This document shows positions 26,552-44,661 of a DNA stretch of 64,000 nucleotides, piece by piece. Positions within the stretch are counted from its first letter, which is position 1; the number at the start of each line of letters is the position of its first letter. Origin of the DNA: the human T2T-CHM13v2.0 reference genome, Homo sapiens. The notes beneath the pieces are model-generated. The model saw nothing but the letters and a program-made list of their open reading frames with translations. It had not been told where the DNA came from and did no database searches. The DNA is taken from NCBI RefSeq assembly GCF_009914755.1, contig NC_060941.1; one strand, 5' to 3'. A program made the position numbers and the translations under genes.

Positions 26552-27971
26552 AATAATTCTATTTTAGAAAACAGATTTAGGGACAGCTGGTGGAGGCTGA
26601 GAGCAAATGAGGGCTGCCATCATGGGGAGTGGCTTGTTCTGCAAGTCATGTGGCCTTTTACAGGGAGAGGGAGGGAGGAGCGGCCAGGATGGGGAGAAAG
26701 AGGTGAGAAGAAGAGGTGAGAAGAGGGAGGTCTAAGACACAGCGAGCCGGCCCCGGGCCTGACAGCCATGGAAAACCAGGGCCCGGCACCCCTTCTGTGT
26801 CTCTGCACCTCCCTGGGTTTGCCTGTGGACGTCTCTGTGTCCAGAGCAAGGCCATTCAAGGTGATGCCAACACTGGCTTCCGCTGCACCCCTCCCTGCTG
26901 TCATTCCCGCAGGCCAGCAGTTCCCAGGCAGGATCAGCACCTGTCACTCTGTCGAGACTGATTAGGGCGCACACCTGTAATTAGACCTAATGGGGGTAAT
27001 TTCCAGGCCAGGCAGGCTGGCTCCTCCGGCAGGAGATTCATGGCAGGCGGAACGTCGTCGTTGTCGTCGTTGGCCGTGAGTGTTTGCTTCACACAGGGAC
27101 CTTTGAATTATCTTGTGACAAGGGCTTACAGACACAGGAGCAAGAGTAACTCAGAGATTTGCTGTCACGGAGCCGGGGAGCGGCATTTGGAGGGGAAAGC
27201 TCTTCTCTGGGGAGTTTTATTTATAACCTGAGAGTGAAGCCTTGTCCCCGCAAGACCCCCAGAAGTGTGTGGGGCTCAGAGGCTCCCAGGACTTCGTCAT
27301 GAGTGTTTAGGGAACCAGCTGGGGCAGCAACTGGCTGCCAGGGTCTTCTTGGGCCATCGGCTCGGGAATGAGAGCAGGTCGGGACAGGGCTGTGCAGAGC
27401 ACGGGGCTTCAAGGCTGGGCTGGGGATGGGACCTGCAGATTCTCCGGGACTTCGAACTTGCCCCAGCGTTGAGAATACCCACGCACAGTGCAGGGGGACG
27501 TCAGTGCTGGGGCAGTGTCCGGCTTCAAGGACATCAGTGACTGCCGCTTCCCTGGGACCCTTGAGTGTCAGGGATGTCCCCTTGGCCAGAGGCCCCAGGA
27601 CGAGTCTCCTAAGAAGTGGGGTACACAGAAAGCAGGACCGAGCTTGGCGCAGTTGGACTTTCTAGCACCACCCAACGCTGATGAGGAAGAAAGGAGGTGG
27701 TTGCAGGCTTGAGTCAAACAGTTAGATTTCACCCACTGGCTAAAGACGGGAAAGCGGCCTCATTAGGAGATGGGCTGGGCCAGGTCAGGTGCCACCAGGC
27801 ATGGTGGGATGGGGAGGTTGAAGCCTAAAACAGACCTTTCTCTGAGTCCGGGATGGCTCCTTCCTGAGTCCTGACTGCTGCCCCTGCCCTTTCAGGTCAG
27901 TGATTTTCTCCACGGTGGCTCTGCACTGGGCCTGAGAAGGTTAATGGAACAGGAAGGGGTTGGTTGGTTAA

Positions 27972-28585
<614 letters not shown>

Positions 28586-29188
28586 TGACTATTTCCTGAG
28601 CACCCACTGTATGCCAGGCACTGTGCCAGGCACTGGAGATTCAGTGTGAACAAGCCATAGTCCCCACCCTCAAGGTGTCCATAAGTTTATGAGAGACATG
28701 ACGAATACACAGGAGACAATAACACAGGGGCTCATTCTGTGCTGGGGGAAGTCTGGGGTGCTGGGAGTCACCAAGGAAAGTGTTCCTGTAACAGGAGTGG
28801 GGGTGGGGCTCAGGGAAAGCTCCCTGGAGCAGGTGATGCCTAAGAGGGTGGGTGGGCTGTGGGAAGAGGAGGTGTCAAAGCCCAGGAGGGGACAGAGCGC
28901 TGAGCTTTATCCTCATTGCAGTTGGGACAGGGACCTGGGAGGGGGTGGGGAGGGATGAGGCTGGGCCTTGTGGGTCCTGAGCCTGAGTCCCGGAGGGCTA
29001 CTGGAGGGTGTGCGGGGAACGGGGACTCTGAGCTGGGTGGAAGGGCCAGGTGGATGGGGTGGTCGGCTCCCTGGGCATGGCACAGGATGTGAGAGCCCAC
29101 CAGACCTCCACCCCCAATGCCGAGCATGGCAGGGCCCCCGACGGCTGGGCCTTCTCCCGCCCCATGTGTCTGCCCATCCCTCCCACAG

Positions 29189-29263
29189 GTAGACCCCTAC
29201 CTACCCTATGAGTACACCTGCGAGGGGATGCTGGAGCGGATCCACGCCTACATCCAGCACCAG
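29189..29263 (+). CDS. MGAT5B: MGAT5B coding exon G: VDPYLPYEYTCEGMLERIHAYIQHQ
   Basis: ccctcccacag|GTA and CAG|gtcagt; 75 nt, phase 0-0. Confidence 0.96.
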
Positions 29264-30642
29264 GTCAGTGAGCCCTCTGGTCCCTGCCCCAGATCCTGTC
29301 AGACCAGAGGAGGGGGCTGAGCCAGCTTCATTGTCTGCCCAGGGCCCTGCACCCGTGAAACCATCCAACTCCCTGCTCCCTCCTCCAGCCTGTCCAGTCT
29401 CTTCCCAGAGTTCCCTCAGGGCTGGAGACAGGCAGGCCTGACTGCGGGCCTGGAAAGCAGCACACTCCGGGCACTCCTGCTGTCTGGGCCCAGCCTTAGA
29501 GCCCAACTCCACGGCACTAACAGAAACACAAAGACTTCCATTCTTAGAAAACAGTGGTTCGAAAGTCTGCTAACTGATTGGGATTTGGTAACTGAATGGG
29601 AAGTGAAGATCCCCAGACTCTCCGCCCACCTGCTAAGGATGGCAGTGAGACTGGAATGGGAGATTAGGATCTCTGCCCTGAGAAACCAGGGGACAGCCCC
29701 ACGGTTTCAAAAACTCGGCCACCTCAGCCCCCGAGGGAGCGCCTGGGCAGGCACCTGTCCAAGGAGTACACTCCTTCTCCTCCCACGGGTGCTCAGAGTG
29801 CCTGGAAGTCGTGGGTGAGGAGGAGGGCGTGCCCTATTCCTGGGGAGTCCTGGCCCTCCACTGCATCCTGGTGGATCTGAGCCACCATGAGGGCTGCAGG
29901 TGGCCCAGATGGAGCATGGCTCTGCAGGCCCCGGGTGTCCAGGGTGATGCCTGGGGTGGGCCTTGGGCTCAGGGCCCTGGGGCAGGTGGCCGTATGGCTG
30001 TAAGAAATTTCCACAGATAGTACGTGACCTCCCTTTCCATCTTGTTGGCCCCACCAATATTAGGGGCTGAGAGAGTCTGGTTCTCCCCTGTCCCTTTACA
30101 GATGGGAATACTGAAACCCCCAGAAGGGAGAGCGTATTCAGGTGAGGGGGTGAGGGTCAGGGCCGTGGCCAGAACCTAGGACTGGACCCAGACTGGAAGC
30201 TCACAGAAAAGCATTCGCGGGGCCCTCCGGCCCCTGGAGTTGAACCCTGCAGGGAGAGCCTCACAGCCAGCCTGGGGCCCTGTCCCCACGGAGGGCAGGG
30301 CTCGTGGGCCCCAGGGTAGGAACCCCAGCCTGACCTGAGCATCGAGGCAGCTCCAGGGCACACAGGATGCAGAGGGCCCTGAATCCAAGTCCTGTTCTGC
30401 CATCCAACCCCAAGGCCCTGGGCGGATGCCGTGACCTCTGAGCCTCCATAATTCCTGTAAGCGATCTGGAGACACGAGTGTCCATGAGAAGTAAATGAAA
30501 TAATGCAGGTAAAGCTACCTGGTATTCAGTAAGCGCCCAGTAGTGGTGGCTCGTACTGGCACGGCAGGGCCACACCTTCAGGTGTCTCCCAGGCACACCT
30601 GGGTCGCACTTCCCCACCCTGACACTGCTCTCCTCCTTGCAG

Positions 30643-30899
30643 GACTTCTGCAGAGCTCCAGACCCTGCCCTACCAGAGGCCCACGCCCCGCAGAGCCCCT
30701 TTGTCCTGGCCCCCAATGCCACCCACCTCGAGTGGGCTCGGAACACCAGCTTGGCTCCTGGGGCCTGGCCCCCCGCGCACGCCCTGCGGGCCTGGCTGGC
30801 CGTGCCTGGGAGGGCCTGCACCGACACCTGCCTGGACCACGGGCTAATCTGTGAGCCCTCCTTCTTCCCCTTCCTGAACAGCCAGGACGCCTTCCTCAA
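30643..30899 (+). CDS. MGAT5B: MGAT5B coding exon H: DFCRAPDPALPE...WPPAHALRAWLAVPGRACTDTCLDHGLICEPSFFPFLNSQDAFL(K)
   Basis: ctccttgcag|GAC and AA|gtgagt; 257 nt; LICEPSFF motif. Confidence 0.96.
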
Positions 30900-31452
30900 G
30901 TGAGTGTTCCCCCACCCTCCCCACCCAGCCGCTATCATCGCTGGCCCAGCCGGGTTCACTGAGAGCTCTCATGCCCAGAACCGGCCCTCAGCCCTGCCAG
31001 TGTGGGGGGATGTAATGCTTTCCAATGAGTCAGGAAGGATCCAGAAGGGATCCTCCAGGCCATTATCCAGGTCATTGCTGCCCTACTCTTGGCCAAACCC
31101 TAAACTACCAGGGAAAGCTCCTTCCATTGCCTGCTCTCTTCCACCCACTCAGCCCCCTGCCCAGCCTGTGGGCATCGTCCTGTCCCAGACCATGAAAGCT
31201 GTCCCAGGTGCTCCTCCTACTGGGTCTGCCTGGGTCCCCAGCCCCTCCAGGCCAGGCCCCTCTCTTCTCCAGGGGTCCCTTGGACAGCAGGTGGGATAAA
31301 GGAGCCGTAACACATTTCCTTACCCAGGCTGGGATGGGATGGGCCAGAGAAGGGGAGCAGGCAGGACTAGGCTGGGGGCAGCCCCTACCCCGCCCCAGCC
31401 CTTCTGCCCAAGTGACCAACGCTGAGTGACGGTGCTGTGCGGTCCCTGCCAG

Positions 31453-31651
31453 GCTGCAGGTGCCCTGTGACAGCACCGAGTCGGAGATGAACCACCTGTA
31501 CCCGGCGTTCGCCCAGCCTGGCCAGGAGTGCTACCTGCAGAAGGAGCCTCTGCTCTTCAGCTGCGCCGGCTCCAACACCAAGTACCGCCGGCTCTGCCCC
31601 TGCCGCGACTTCCGCAAGGGCCAGGTGGCCTTGTGCCAGGGCTGTCTGTGA
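31453..31651 (+). CDS. MGAT5B: MGAT5B last coding exon: (K)LQVPCDSTESEMNHLYPAFAQPGQECYLQKEPLLFSCAGSNTKYRRLCPCRDFRKGQVALCQGCL-stop
   Basis: ccctgccag|G; Cys-rich GnT-V C-terminus CPCRDF..GQVALC..CL; TGA at 31649-31651. Confidence 0.97.
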
Positions 31652-33190
31652 ATCCGCCTCTGCCGCCCTGCCTGGCACCCACGCTGGCTCTCTCCTGCCG
31701 CGGGAGAAAGCACCAGCAGGTTCTGAGCCCTGGCTGCTTGTCCTCCTCGCAACCCCCCCAGGCCGGAGCTTCCTTCCTTAGCCGGGAAGCTGGCAGAGGA
31801 GAGCCGTGCCCGGGAATAGGAGGAGGCAGCATGCCGAGCCCCTGGGACCTCCCAGGCAGGCTCCGGTTCTCTCCTGGGGACTCACAGCAGCATCGTGGCC
31901 AAGCAGGTGTCGGACTGCTCAGAGTCCGCATGGCCCAGGAGCAGGTGGTCGGAGGCCCCTGGCTTTGTGCAAGGCCGGATCTGGGCCAGGTGGCGAAAGG
32001 GGCCCAGTCGTTCTTGGGCCCAGGATGGGGCCTCTAGACTTGCAAGGGAGAGGAACAGGGACCAGGCTGCCCCACGGTCCCTGAAGGGTCCAAGGAGGGG
32101 CCCTCCCCATGGCCCTGGAGAGTGGGCCTGGGTGGTACCTGCTCCAGGCAGGGAAACTGGGGGCTCGCCCTTCTCCTGTGAGGGGAGCCAGGCACACAGG
32201 GCCCATTGGTGTTTGGGATGTGGACAGAGGGGCAGGGGGCTGGGAGAAGGCTAAGCCGAGGGGTCCTGTTTGTGCCTCCCCTTAGTCCCTTCCCTCCCGA
32301 TTTCCCGATTCCCCCACCCTCCCTCTACACTTGAGGACCACAGTTGGGGGTGTAGGGACCACCCAGACCCTGGTTGAATTGTTTCTCTCTCCTGCTTGTT
32401 CCAACCCTTTTCACTCTGGGCTTCTCCCAAAACCCATCCTGGCATGACCTGCAACTCCAGGTGGTGGATTTGTTCCAAAGCCTCAATCCCTACCCCCTCC
32501 AAGGGGCAGGTTTCCAGTCCAGCCTCAGAGATCAGGCTCTGGGACCCCTGCCTGGGGGGTGGCCTTCATGCACCAGCCACTTCCGCAGGTGCTGACTCCC
32601 GCACTCCCTGGCATTTTTTGCGGACAAGGGCTTGGGATGGACCCTCAGCCCCATGGTACGCCCTGCCCAGTTTCCAGTTGCCCTGTCCACTTACCCTAGG
32701 TAGCCCCCCACCCCATCAGTGCCGAGTCCTTGTCCCTACCTCCAGCTTCCTCCAGCCTCAAACCGCCTCTGGATCTAGCTGTCCTTCTCCGAGTGGCACG
32801 CCTGCCCCAGGATGCCCCCTTTCCCTCCCCCCCATGCCCAGAGCCCCGCCTGCCTCAGCGGGTCAGGCCTTCAGAACACTGCCACCCACCCAGTTTTATA
32901 ATCCCGCTCCCTCTCCAGGCAACCCCACCCACCAGCCTAGGCCTGCTCCTCCACCCTTCCCGGGAGGCAGCCCCGGGATGCTGAGAGTTGGTGGAGGGGC
33001 CAGGCTGGACGCTTCCTGTGGGAGTCCCCTCCAGACCTGGCTGGCCCCTGCAGCCACAGAAACCACGATGGCAAAAAATCTCATTGGTTCTCAAGGACTA
33101 ACCTGTGGGGGAAAGCAATAGAGACACTCTTTTTCTCTCTTTTTTTAAAGATTTATTTCTTGAAATAATAAATATTTTATTGGGATGTGA
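31652..33190 (+). other. MGAT5B: MGAT5B 3'UTR (~1.5 kb, GC-rich, no obvious interspersed repeats)
   Basis: Runs from the stop codon to the first AATAAA; the end coordinate is inferred. Confidence 0.8.
33167..33172 (+). terminator. Polyadenylation signal AATAAA of MGAT5B
   Basis: Sits in an abrupt U/A-rich island (33128-33181) after a GC-rich UTR, with a GU-containing sequence (tgggatgtgaggtg) downstream. Confidence 0.85.
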
Positions 33191-33765
33191 GGTGCAGAAG
33201 AGGAACTGTGCTGGATTCTCGTCTTTTCCTGCGGCATCCGGAGCTCGCCCAGGGTGGAGGGCAGACAGCCGGGGTCCCCGGGTTCTGCTCCATGTCACTT
33301 GGGGCACATGGGGTGCTCAGGTCTGCAGAGCTGGGTGCTGTCTGCTCCAAGCCGCCCAAAGGAAGTCCCTGCTGGTGGCAGTGACCCAGGGTCATCTCCT
33401 GGCTGCCCCAGAGCCGTGACTGCAGGCACCCTGACAAGCAGTGGTGAACTCAGTCATGTTCACCTCAGGCTGGCCTCTGCCTACCTCCAGCTGGCTGTGA
33501 CAGTGGCCGCACGAGGTCAGAGAACACAAATCCATTTTGCTAAGAGCCTGAGCCACATAATGAGAAAATGAGCCGGTGTTTACCTCCTCGGGCACTGGGC
33601 TGAGAGTTTGTTCCATGCTTGAGTTGTCATTTCAAGCACTCAGCTACCCTAGCAGGTAAGTACTATTATGTTAATATTTCCATTTTACAGCGAGAGGCAC
33701 AGAGAGTTCAAGTAACTTGCCCGAGGTCACACAGCTTGTAAGCAGGGAGGTGGGATTTGCTATAA

Positions 33766-34440
<675 letters not shown>

Positions 34441-34444
34441 CAGG

Positions 34445-35048
<604 letters not shown>

Positions 35049-35472
35049 ACCAAGCAGGTACTAGTAGGTATTTCAAACGTGAGAGTACCAATAACTTGGT
35101 ACCAGTTTTTAATTAACAGTGACTATGGCCATTTTCTTCTGTTCCAGCATGTAATGCCAGGGGAGAGACCTCATACAACCAAATCTGCTCACAGAGATCA
35201 AAGCCACAGGCCATCAGAATTCCTCCTGTCCCCTCATTTTACAGATGGAGGCCCGAAGAGAACAGGGGCCTGGTCCATATCGTACAGCTGGAGGAAGAGC
35301 CCAGATCTCAGTCCCTCTCTGTCTCTACCTCTGTCCCTCTCTGCTATGCTGCTTAAAAGAGGCTGAGAAAAGAATAGCTGAGCCAGGCATTTTCCATGAT
35401 CTTGTCCAGCAGGAGGGGGGTAGGGCTCAGAAACCTGACCAAGGCCTTCTTTTAGGAACTGAGCCTAGTTAG

Positions 35473-36113
<641 letters not shown>

Positions 36114-36114
36114 G

Positions 36115-38035
36115 ACTATTTTTTTGAGCAGTTTTATGTTCACAGCAAAGTTGGGTGGAAAGTAGATTTCCCATATGCCACCTCCCCCACATACACAGGC
36201 CACCCCCACCATCCACATCCCCTACCAGAGTGGTCCATGTGTTCCAATCTATGAGCCTACACTGACGTATCATCAACCAAACACAGTTCACATTAGGGCT
36301 CACTCCTGGTGCCGTGTATTCTACGTGTTTTGACAAATCTTTAATGAGATGTATCCACTATTATGGCACCATACAGAGTGGTTCCATTGCCCTAAAAATC
36401 CTCTGTGCTACCCCTGTACATCTCTGCCTCCTCCTAACTCTGGAAAACCATGATCTTCCGACCATCTCCGTAGTCTCACCTTTTCCAGATCATCAGGTAG
36501 TTGGAGCCCTACAGTTTGTAGCCTTCTCAGATTGGCTCCTTTCCCCCTAGTACCTCGTAACATGCATCTAACATTCCTCTGCATCTTCTCGTGGCCCGGT
36601 GCCTCATTTCCATTTAGCACTGAATAATATTCCATTGTCTGGATGGATCACAGTTTGTTTACAAATTCACCTACTGAAGGACATCTTGGTTGCCTCCAAG
36701 TTTTGGCAGTTCTGAATAAAGCTGCTATAAATGTTCACTTCCAAGTTTTTGAGTGGAATCCATTTTCTTTTCTATTTTCTTTTCTGCTTATAACAGTCAG
36801 TCATTTGTTTTGCTCACAGATCTGCAATTTGGGCAGGGCCTGGTGGAGGTAATTTGTCTCTGCTTCACATGGCATCAGCTGAGGTGGCTCGCCCCAAGGC
36901 TGGAGAATCACTTCCAGGACAGCTCACTCATGTGGCTGGCAAGTTGGTGCTGTCGGCTGGGGAGCTCAGCAGGGGATTTGGGCTGGGGGCCATGGTTCCC
37001 ATCCATGTAGGCCTTTCCAAGGACTCTTGTGCTTCCGTGCAGCATGGTGGCTGGGTTCCAAGAGTGAACATCCCAGGAGAATAAGGTGGAAGTGAAAGGC
37101 ATTTTTTTGAACTAGCCTTGGAAGCCACATGCTGTCAATGCTGGCATACTCTATTGGTCAAGAGAGTCACAAAGCTCCTCCTGCTGCAGCTCATGAGGAG
37201 GGGACATAGATGCCACCCCTCAATGGGAGGGGTGTCAAAGTCACAGCAGAAGAAGTGCTCGTGGAATGGGATATAGTGTTGCCTCTATCTTTGGAAAATA
37301 TAATCTGCCAAAGATGCAGCTTGGTCTTCCAGCATTTCTGGACTGTTGTCCTCATCCGGTCCAAGATGGGTCCCCTCTAAGGCCTCATTCCATCCAATGA
37401 AAGAGAAAAAGGAGAGGGGGAGTCAGCTCATGCTGCTTCTGATTGTGCTCCATTGGCCAGAGCTTAGTCACATGGCCATACTTAGGTTTACCGGTTTATT
37501 GTAAAGGATTTTACAAAGAGTAGAGATGAAGAGATGCGTAGGGTGAGGTATGAAGGGGGCGGAGGACACGGAACTTCCGTGCCCTCCCTGGACGGCCACC
37601 TCCCAGGAACCTCCACATGTTCAGCTGTCCAGAAGCTCCTGGACACAATTTCCAACAACTAATTCGGGTAAATGCCAAGGAACACGATTGCTGGATCGTA
37701 TGGTAAAAGTATGTTTAGCTTTGTAAGAAACTGCCAAGCTGTCTTCCCAAGTGGCTATAGCATTTTGTATTACCAGCCCTGAATGAGAATTCCTGTTGCT
37801 CCACAGCCTCACCAGCATTTGGGGTTGTCAGTGTTTTGGATTTGGGCCATTCTGATAGATGTGCAGTGGTATCTCATTGCTGTTTTAATTTGCATTTCCC
37901 TGATGACATATGACGTGACATATATATTTGCCATCTGTGTATCGTCTTTGGCGAAGTGTCTGTTCAGGTCTTTTGCCCATTTTTTAATTGAGTTGTTTTC
38001 TTAGTATTGAGTTTTAATAGGTCTTTATATATCAA
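36115..38035 (-). mobile_element. L1M remnant interrupted by an MLT1-like LTR (~36790-37310) and a MER21-like LTR (~37480-37645)
   Basis: L1 3' hallmarks (tgaataatattccattgt; gaaactgccaa; cattctgatagatgtgcagtggtatctcattg) on both sides of LTR-like inserts. Confidence 0.7.
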
Positions 38036-38367
38036 CCTACTTTTGAATCCTGTCTGAACTTTTAAATGAAGCTGAAGGGGCTGGCTGGCAGTAGTGGGGG
38101 AGAAGTTGAGAATTAGAAAGAATTTGCAGCCCAGATGTCAGTGCCAGGCAGAGCTGCGGCTCCCACACCTTCCTCTGAAGCTGGCCACGCCTCCTTCAGC
38201 CCTGGCCCAACTCTGAACAGTGGAGGGAAGGGCAGGCACGGGCCGGCCTCACCACCGCCCTGCCAGGTGACCACCCCTCCCCACTCACAGGTGAGGAAAC
38301 AGGTGTGATGAAGCCCCTCAGCCCATGGACTCACCTGAGCCAATTAAACCAAAAACCAAAATATCTA

Positions 38368-38883
<516 letters not shown>

Positions 38884-40262
38884 CATCAGCATTTCATAAA
38901 GCACTCCTCTATGTGTCTAGTGTGGTTCTACTGTGAACCACTGCACTTACCCATCATACCTGGCTAGCTCCTCTCTGCAGCCCTCATGGCTTTGCCCTCC
39001 AAGGAGGGAGAGGAGGTTGAGTACCAACTTGGGGAGGCCTCATTTGAAGCCTTGGCCTCCAGCCCCAGCCCCTGGGCTGAAGCAACTTCTCTTGCAGCCC
39101 AGGGCCCACTAGGCTGAATCCAGTGGAGGAAAAGGTGGGGGATCCAGCTGGACCTGGGGGCAAAGGATGCAAACAGGCCTCGGCTGGCTCCAAGACAGTC
39201 CTGAAGTTCAAGGGCAGGAGAAATAACATGAGTGGGAGGCTGGTAACAAGTTCTGTCCCTCACAGCCAGGGAAGCTGAAGGGCAGCAGAGAGGACAGGGT
39301 CCCAGGTCCCAGCAGGACTGTAGGAGGCCAGCTGCCTGTGGAGGTCCAGGAGGCAGTCCCCACCCTGGGTTCTTCTCTTGGCAGCCAAAGCACCCTCTTA
39401 GCTGGGCCTGGCGGGGCTGGAGGCCGAGCAGCTAGACCTGGGGACCTGCCTTCCCTGTGCTCTGGCCCTGCAGCTGCCCCAGCTGCCTTGGCTGACTTAG
39501 AAGGCTCCCAAAGACCCTGTATGTTCCCTAACCCCACCTTCCCACACCCTCCCCTGGGGAAGATCTGACTTCTGGGAGGCAAGAGCCCAGGCAGTTTGGG
39601 GTCTCAAAAAAGAGGTCCGTAGGGTTTAGGTTTGTCCACCCCTTTCTGCCCGACCACACTGGCTCCTCCAAGTATCGGCCTAGCACTCTCTAAAAGGGAA
39701 TCAACGTATTCCCTTAAAGGGGGCGGGGCCCTCTTTTCAGGACTGTGCTAGGGTGAGGCTGCCCTGCTCCTCCTTGGCTGTGCAGGTGCAGACCCCACCA
39801 CCCCATCCCGACAAGCCCGACTCAGAAGATGGGGTGAAAGCCCCGTCACGGTCCTCGCGAGAGCCCCAAGCTCCTCACCAGGCTGGCACCTGGCACCCCA
39901 ACCTGCTGCTTCGGAACTTCCTCTTAGTTTGCACTTCAGCTTTCTCCTCTGTAGAATAAGGGACATAATCCTGGGACACAGGTGTTTTGAGGACTAAAGG
40001 AGGTAAGGCAGGTAAGATTCCAGGTGCTGCCTCTGAGATGAGGTGGCTGTTGATGACTGCAAGACACTCAGCTGCTCTGGGGAGCCGCGCTGTCTCCAGG
40101 GGCAAGGAGCTGCCGCCCCTCCTAGCAGGAGAGCACAGTAAGGCTCAAGCGGTCCCTGGCTCCCAGCCTGCCGCCACCCAAGATTGGAAACCCCAAACCT
40201 GGGGGAACTTCTCACCGCGGCTGCTGGGGGGTGGCTGTCCTTGGGCAGAACAACACAGAAGA

Positions 40263-40700
40263 TGCTGTGGGTTGAATTGTGTTCCCCCCAAAAGATGCAT
40301 TGAAGGCACCCCTGGTGCCTGTGAATAGGATCTTACTTGGAAATGGGGTGTGTGCAGATGTTCTTCAATTTGAGACGAGGCCAGACTGGATTAGCAGAGG
40401 CCTTAAGTCCAATGACTGGTGTCCTTATCAGAAGAGGACCCGGGGACACACAGGGAAGAAATCCCTGTGAAGACAGAGGCAGAGATCAGAGCCATGCAGC
40501 TGCGCCAGCAAACGCTAAGGCCTGCTGGTGACCGCCGGAAGCTGGGAGGGCAAAGATGGACCCTTCTCTGGCGCCTTCAGAGGGAATACGGCCCTGCTGG
40601 CACCCTGATGCTGGACTTCTGGCCTCTAGAACTGTGAGGAAATACGCTCCCGCGGTTTTAAGCCACAGCCGGTGGTAAGTGACTATAACAGCCATGGGAA
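40263..40700 (+). mobile_element. MaLR LTR (MLT1B/C-like)
   Basis: tgtgggttgaattgtgttccccc...aatgactggtgtccttat...ggacttctggcctctagaactgtgag. Confidence 0.8.
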
Positions 40701-42095
40701 GCTCACACAGAAGGGGTCAGACTTCTGCTGCCTTTCAAGATAATAAGAGGCTGAGCCACGCATCCCGAGTCGGGAGGTAAACGGCCCCCTAGCCAGGCTG
40801 CTGGCTCCAGCATGCAGCCCGCTTTGTCTTTTCGCAGAAAAGCAAAGTGTTTGCTGAAAAAAGGCATCGAAGGAAAGAGAACACAGCTCCCCAGGGATGC
40901 AGACCAGTCCCTCCGCCCCAAATAAACACCCACAACACAGACCTTCAGGGCACCTGGGGTGCAGAATCCAGGCGCTTACAGCAGGAGAAGGGGGTGGTCC
41001 CCAAGCCTGACTTTTCAGGTTGATTCTGCGCTCCTCTGGGACTGGGCCACTCTCCGAGTCAGCCTGAGATCATCTCCCTCTGAGTCTCAGCTAAAAATAG
41101 TCCAGGCTCCGACGTCTGCATATATTTGAATATTGGGCTCAAGAGACCGTGATTCTGGGGAAACGGTGCAGCTGGTTCCCCCTGATGTTGGAGCGTGAAG
41201 CCAACAGAGCACGTTCTCCCCATTAAACTCTCAGCTCCCACAGCTGCCCAGGCCTGACCACCAGCGCCTCTTCCTTAGAGACCCTTCGTGGGGTGTCTTC
41301 TCCAGTCTGGGGCCCCATGAAGCAGCCCAGAGCTGGGTGGGATTTGGCTTTTGGAGTGCTGGGAGAGTTTCAGGCTGGGGTCTGAGCCCTGGGAGGGCTC
41401 CTTGAGCCCACAGCAGATACCCCTGGCCCCCGTGGCTCCCCCAGCCCCATGCTGGTGCCCACCCCATCCTTGGACCTCTGAAGGCAGAGGGTGGGTGGAG
41501 ACTATGAATCCCCCGGCCTTGTCTCAAGCTGGACTTAGACACCCTCACTTTCCCCTCTCTTTTCCCTCTCCCCATCACCATCCGTTCAGCAAACATTCTC
41601 CCAGGAGCAGTGCTTGGTAAGGCACTAGGCCCGGAGGGTACAGTCTCCTGTCTAGTAGTGGCTGTGTCCTGAGCCCCTGTGTCCAGGGCTGGGGCCTGCT
41701 GAGGACTCAAGTGGGCTTCCTGAATCTGCTGGTGCCTGATTTTAATCAGTTCTGGAGACCGCTCTGCCAATATCTCTGATCTTCCTTCTCCCATAGTGAC
41801 AGACCCTCTCCCAATCTCCCTGTGCTGGGGATGGGTGTTTTTGCTCTGTCCTTCCACAGAGACCGCAGAACTGAAGGGGCCTGGCTTTATGCAGGGGTCT
41901 CGATTCTGCATGTCCATCCCCCAGGCCACACCTCTCATCTCCGTGGAGGAGTCAGAGTCCAAGCCCTGGACCCCAGGACCAGGAAGCCTCGGCCTGCGCT
42001 GGCCACACTCACGCAGCCACCGTCTGGTTTTCAGCTCCTGGTTCACTCCGGCCCTTGGGCTTCCCCTCCTTCCTGCAAACTCATCTCTGCCTTAA

Positions 42096-42497
<402 letters not shown>

Positions 42498-42764
42498 TTT
42501 CTTTTATTTTCTGGTGTTTCATGAAGAAAGGCTACGCAGTTCCCGTGCCTGACACAGGACGAAGTTGTTAACCTTCCCAGAGGTGCTTTCGTGTAAACAG
42601 TGGCTTCTCTTCTGGGATACAACAAAGAACGTGGGCCATGGAGTCAGACAGCCCTGGGGTCAAACCCTGTTTTGGGCCCCCATCACTAGCTGTGACCCAC
42701 AGAGTTTATGTCTCTGAAATTTTGTTCCATCACCTGGTTAAATGGGGACAATACCACCGTCTTG

Positions 42765-43465
<701 letters not shown>

Positions 43466-43687
43466 ACCTCCTTTCAGAGAAGGAGGAAATCTCATCACAC
43501 ACACTAAGGTGCCAGGGTCAGCTCCCATGAGCTCCCAGAGACGGTTGTTAGATTTTCAGGAATTTTGCAAGCCAGTTGTTAAATTGTTAGTATCTCCATA
43601 CTGGCCAGGATGGGAGTATTACACCATGGAAACTGGCAAGTACTAGAATTCAGGACTTTTTCTTATTTGCATTTTGCCTTGTTCTAG

Positions 43688-44030
<343 letters not shown>

Positions 44031-44316
44031 CTTGGGGTATAATTTATCACCGTTTTTCCTGAGTTTAGTTAAAGTTAAGTAATGTGCATCAAAGCCTTAA
44101 AAACACACGTCCTTTGATCAGTTAATTTCACCTTTAGAAATGTCACCTAGGTAAGTGAATGAGGGTATGGGTAGATACCTATGCAAAAGCCTGTTCATCA
44201 AATTTGTTTAGAATAATGAAAAGTGGGAAATGGCCCAGTAGTAAGGAACTGAGAAGTTAAGGGACCTGTATGCCCCTACAGTGGAATATTATAGAATCAT
44301 AAATAATGAAATGGTA

Positions 44317-44661
<345 letters not shown>

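Noticed and set aside
31454-31459. Alternative acceptor ctgcag| 7 nt into the last exon; similar extra AGs at 16070-16071 and 29191-29192
   Set aside because: All shift the frame and destroy the conserved downstream peptide; no evidence they are used.
32396-33121. 241-aa Pro-rich ORF in the 3'UTR
   Set aside because: Non-ATG start, composition simply mirrors the C-rich UTR, no homology recognised, and the MGAT5B stop context (TGA ATC) is not a readthrough motif.
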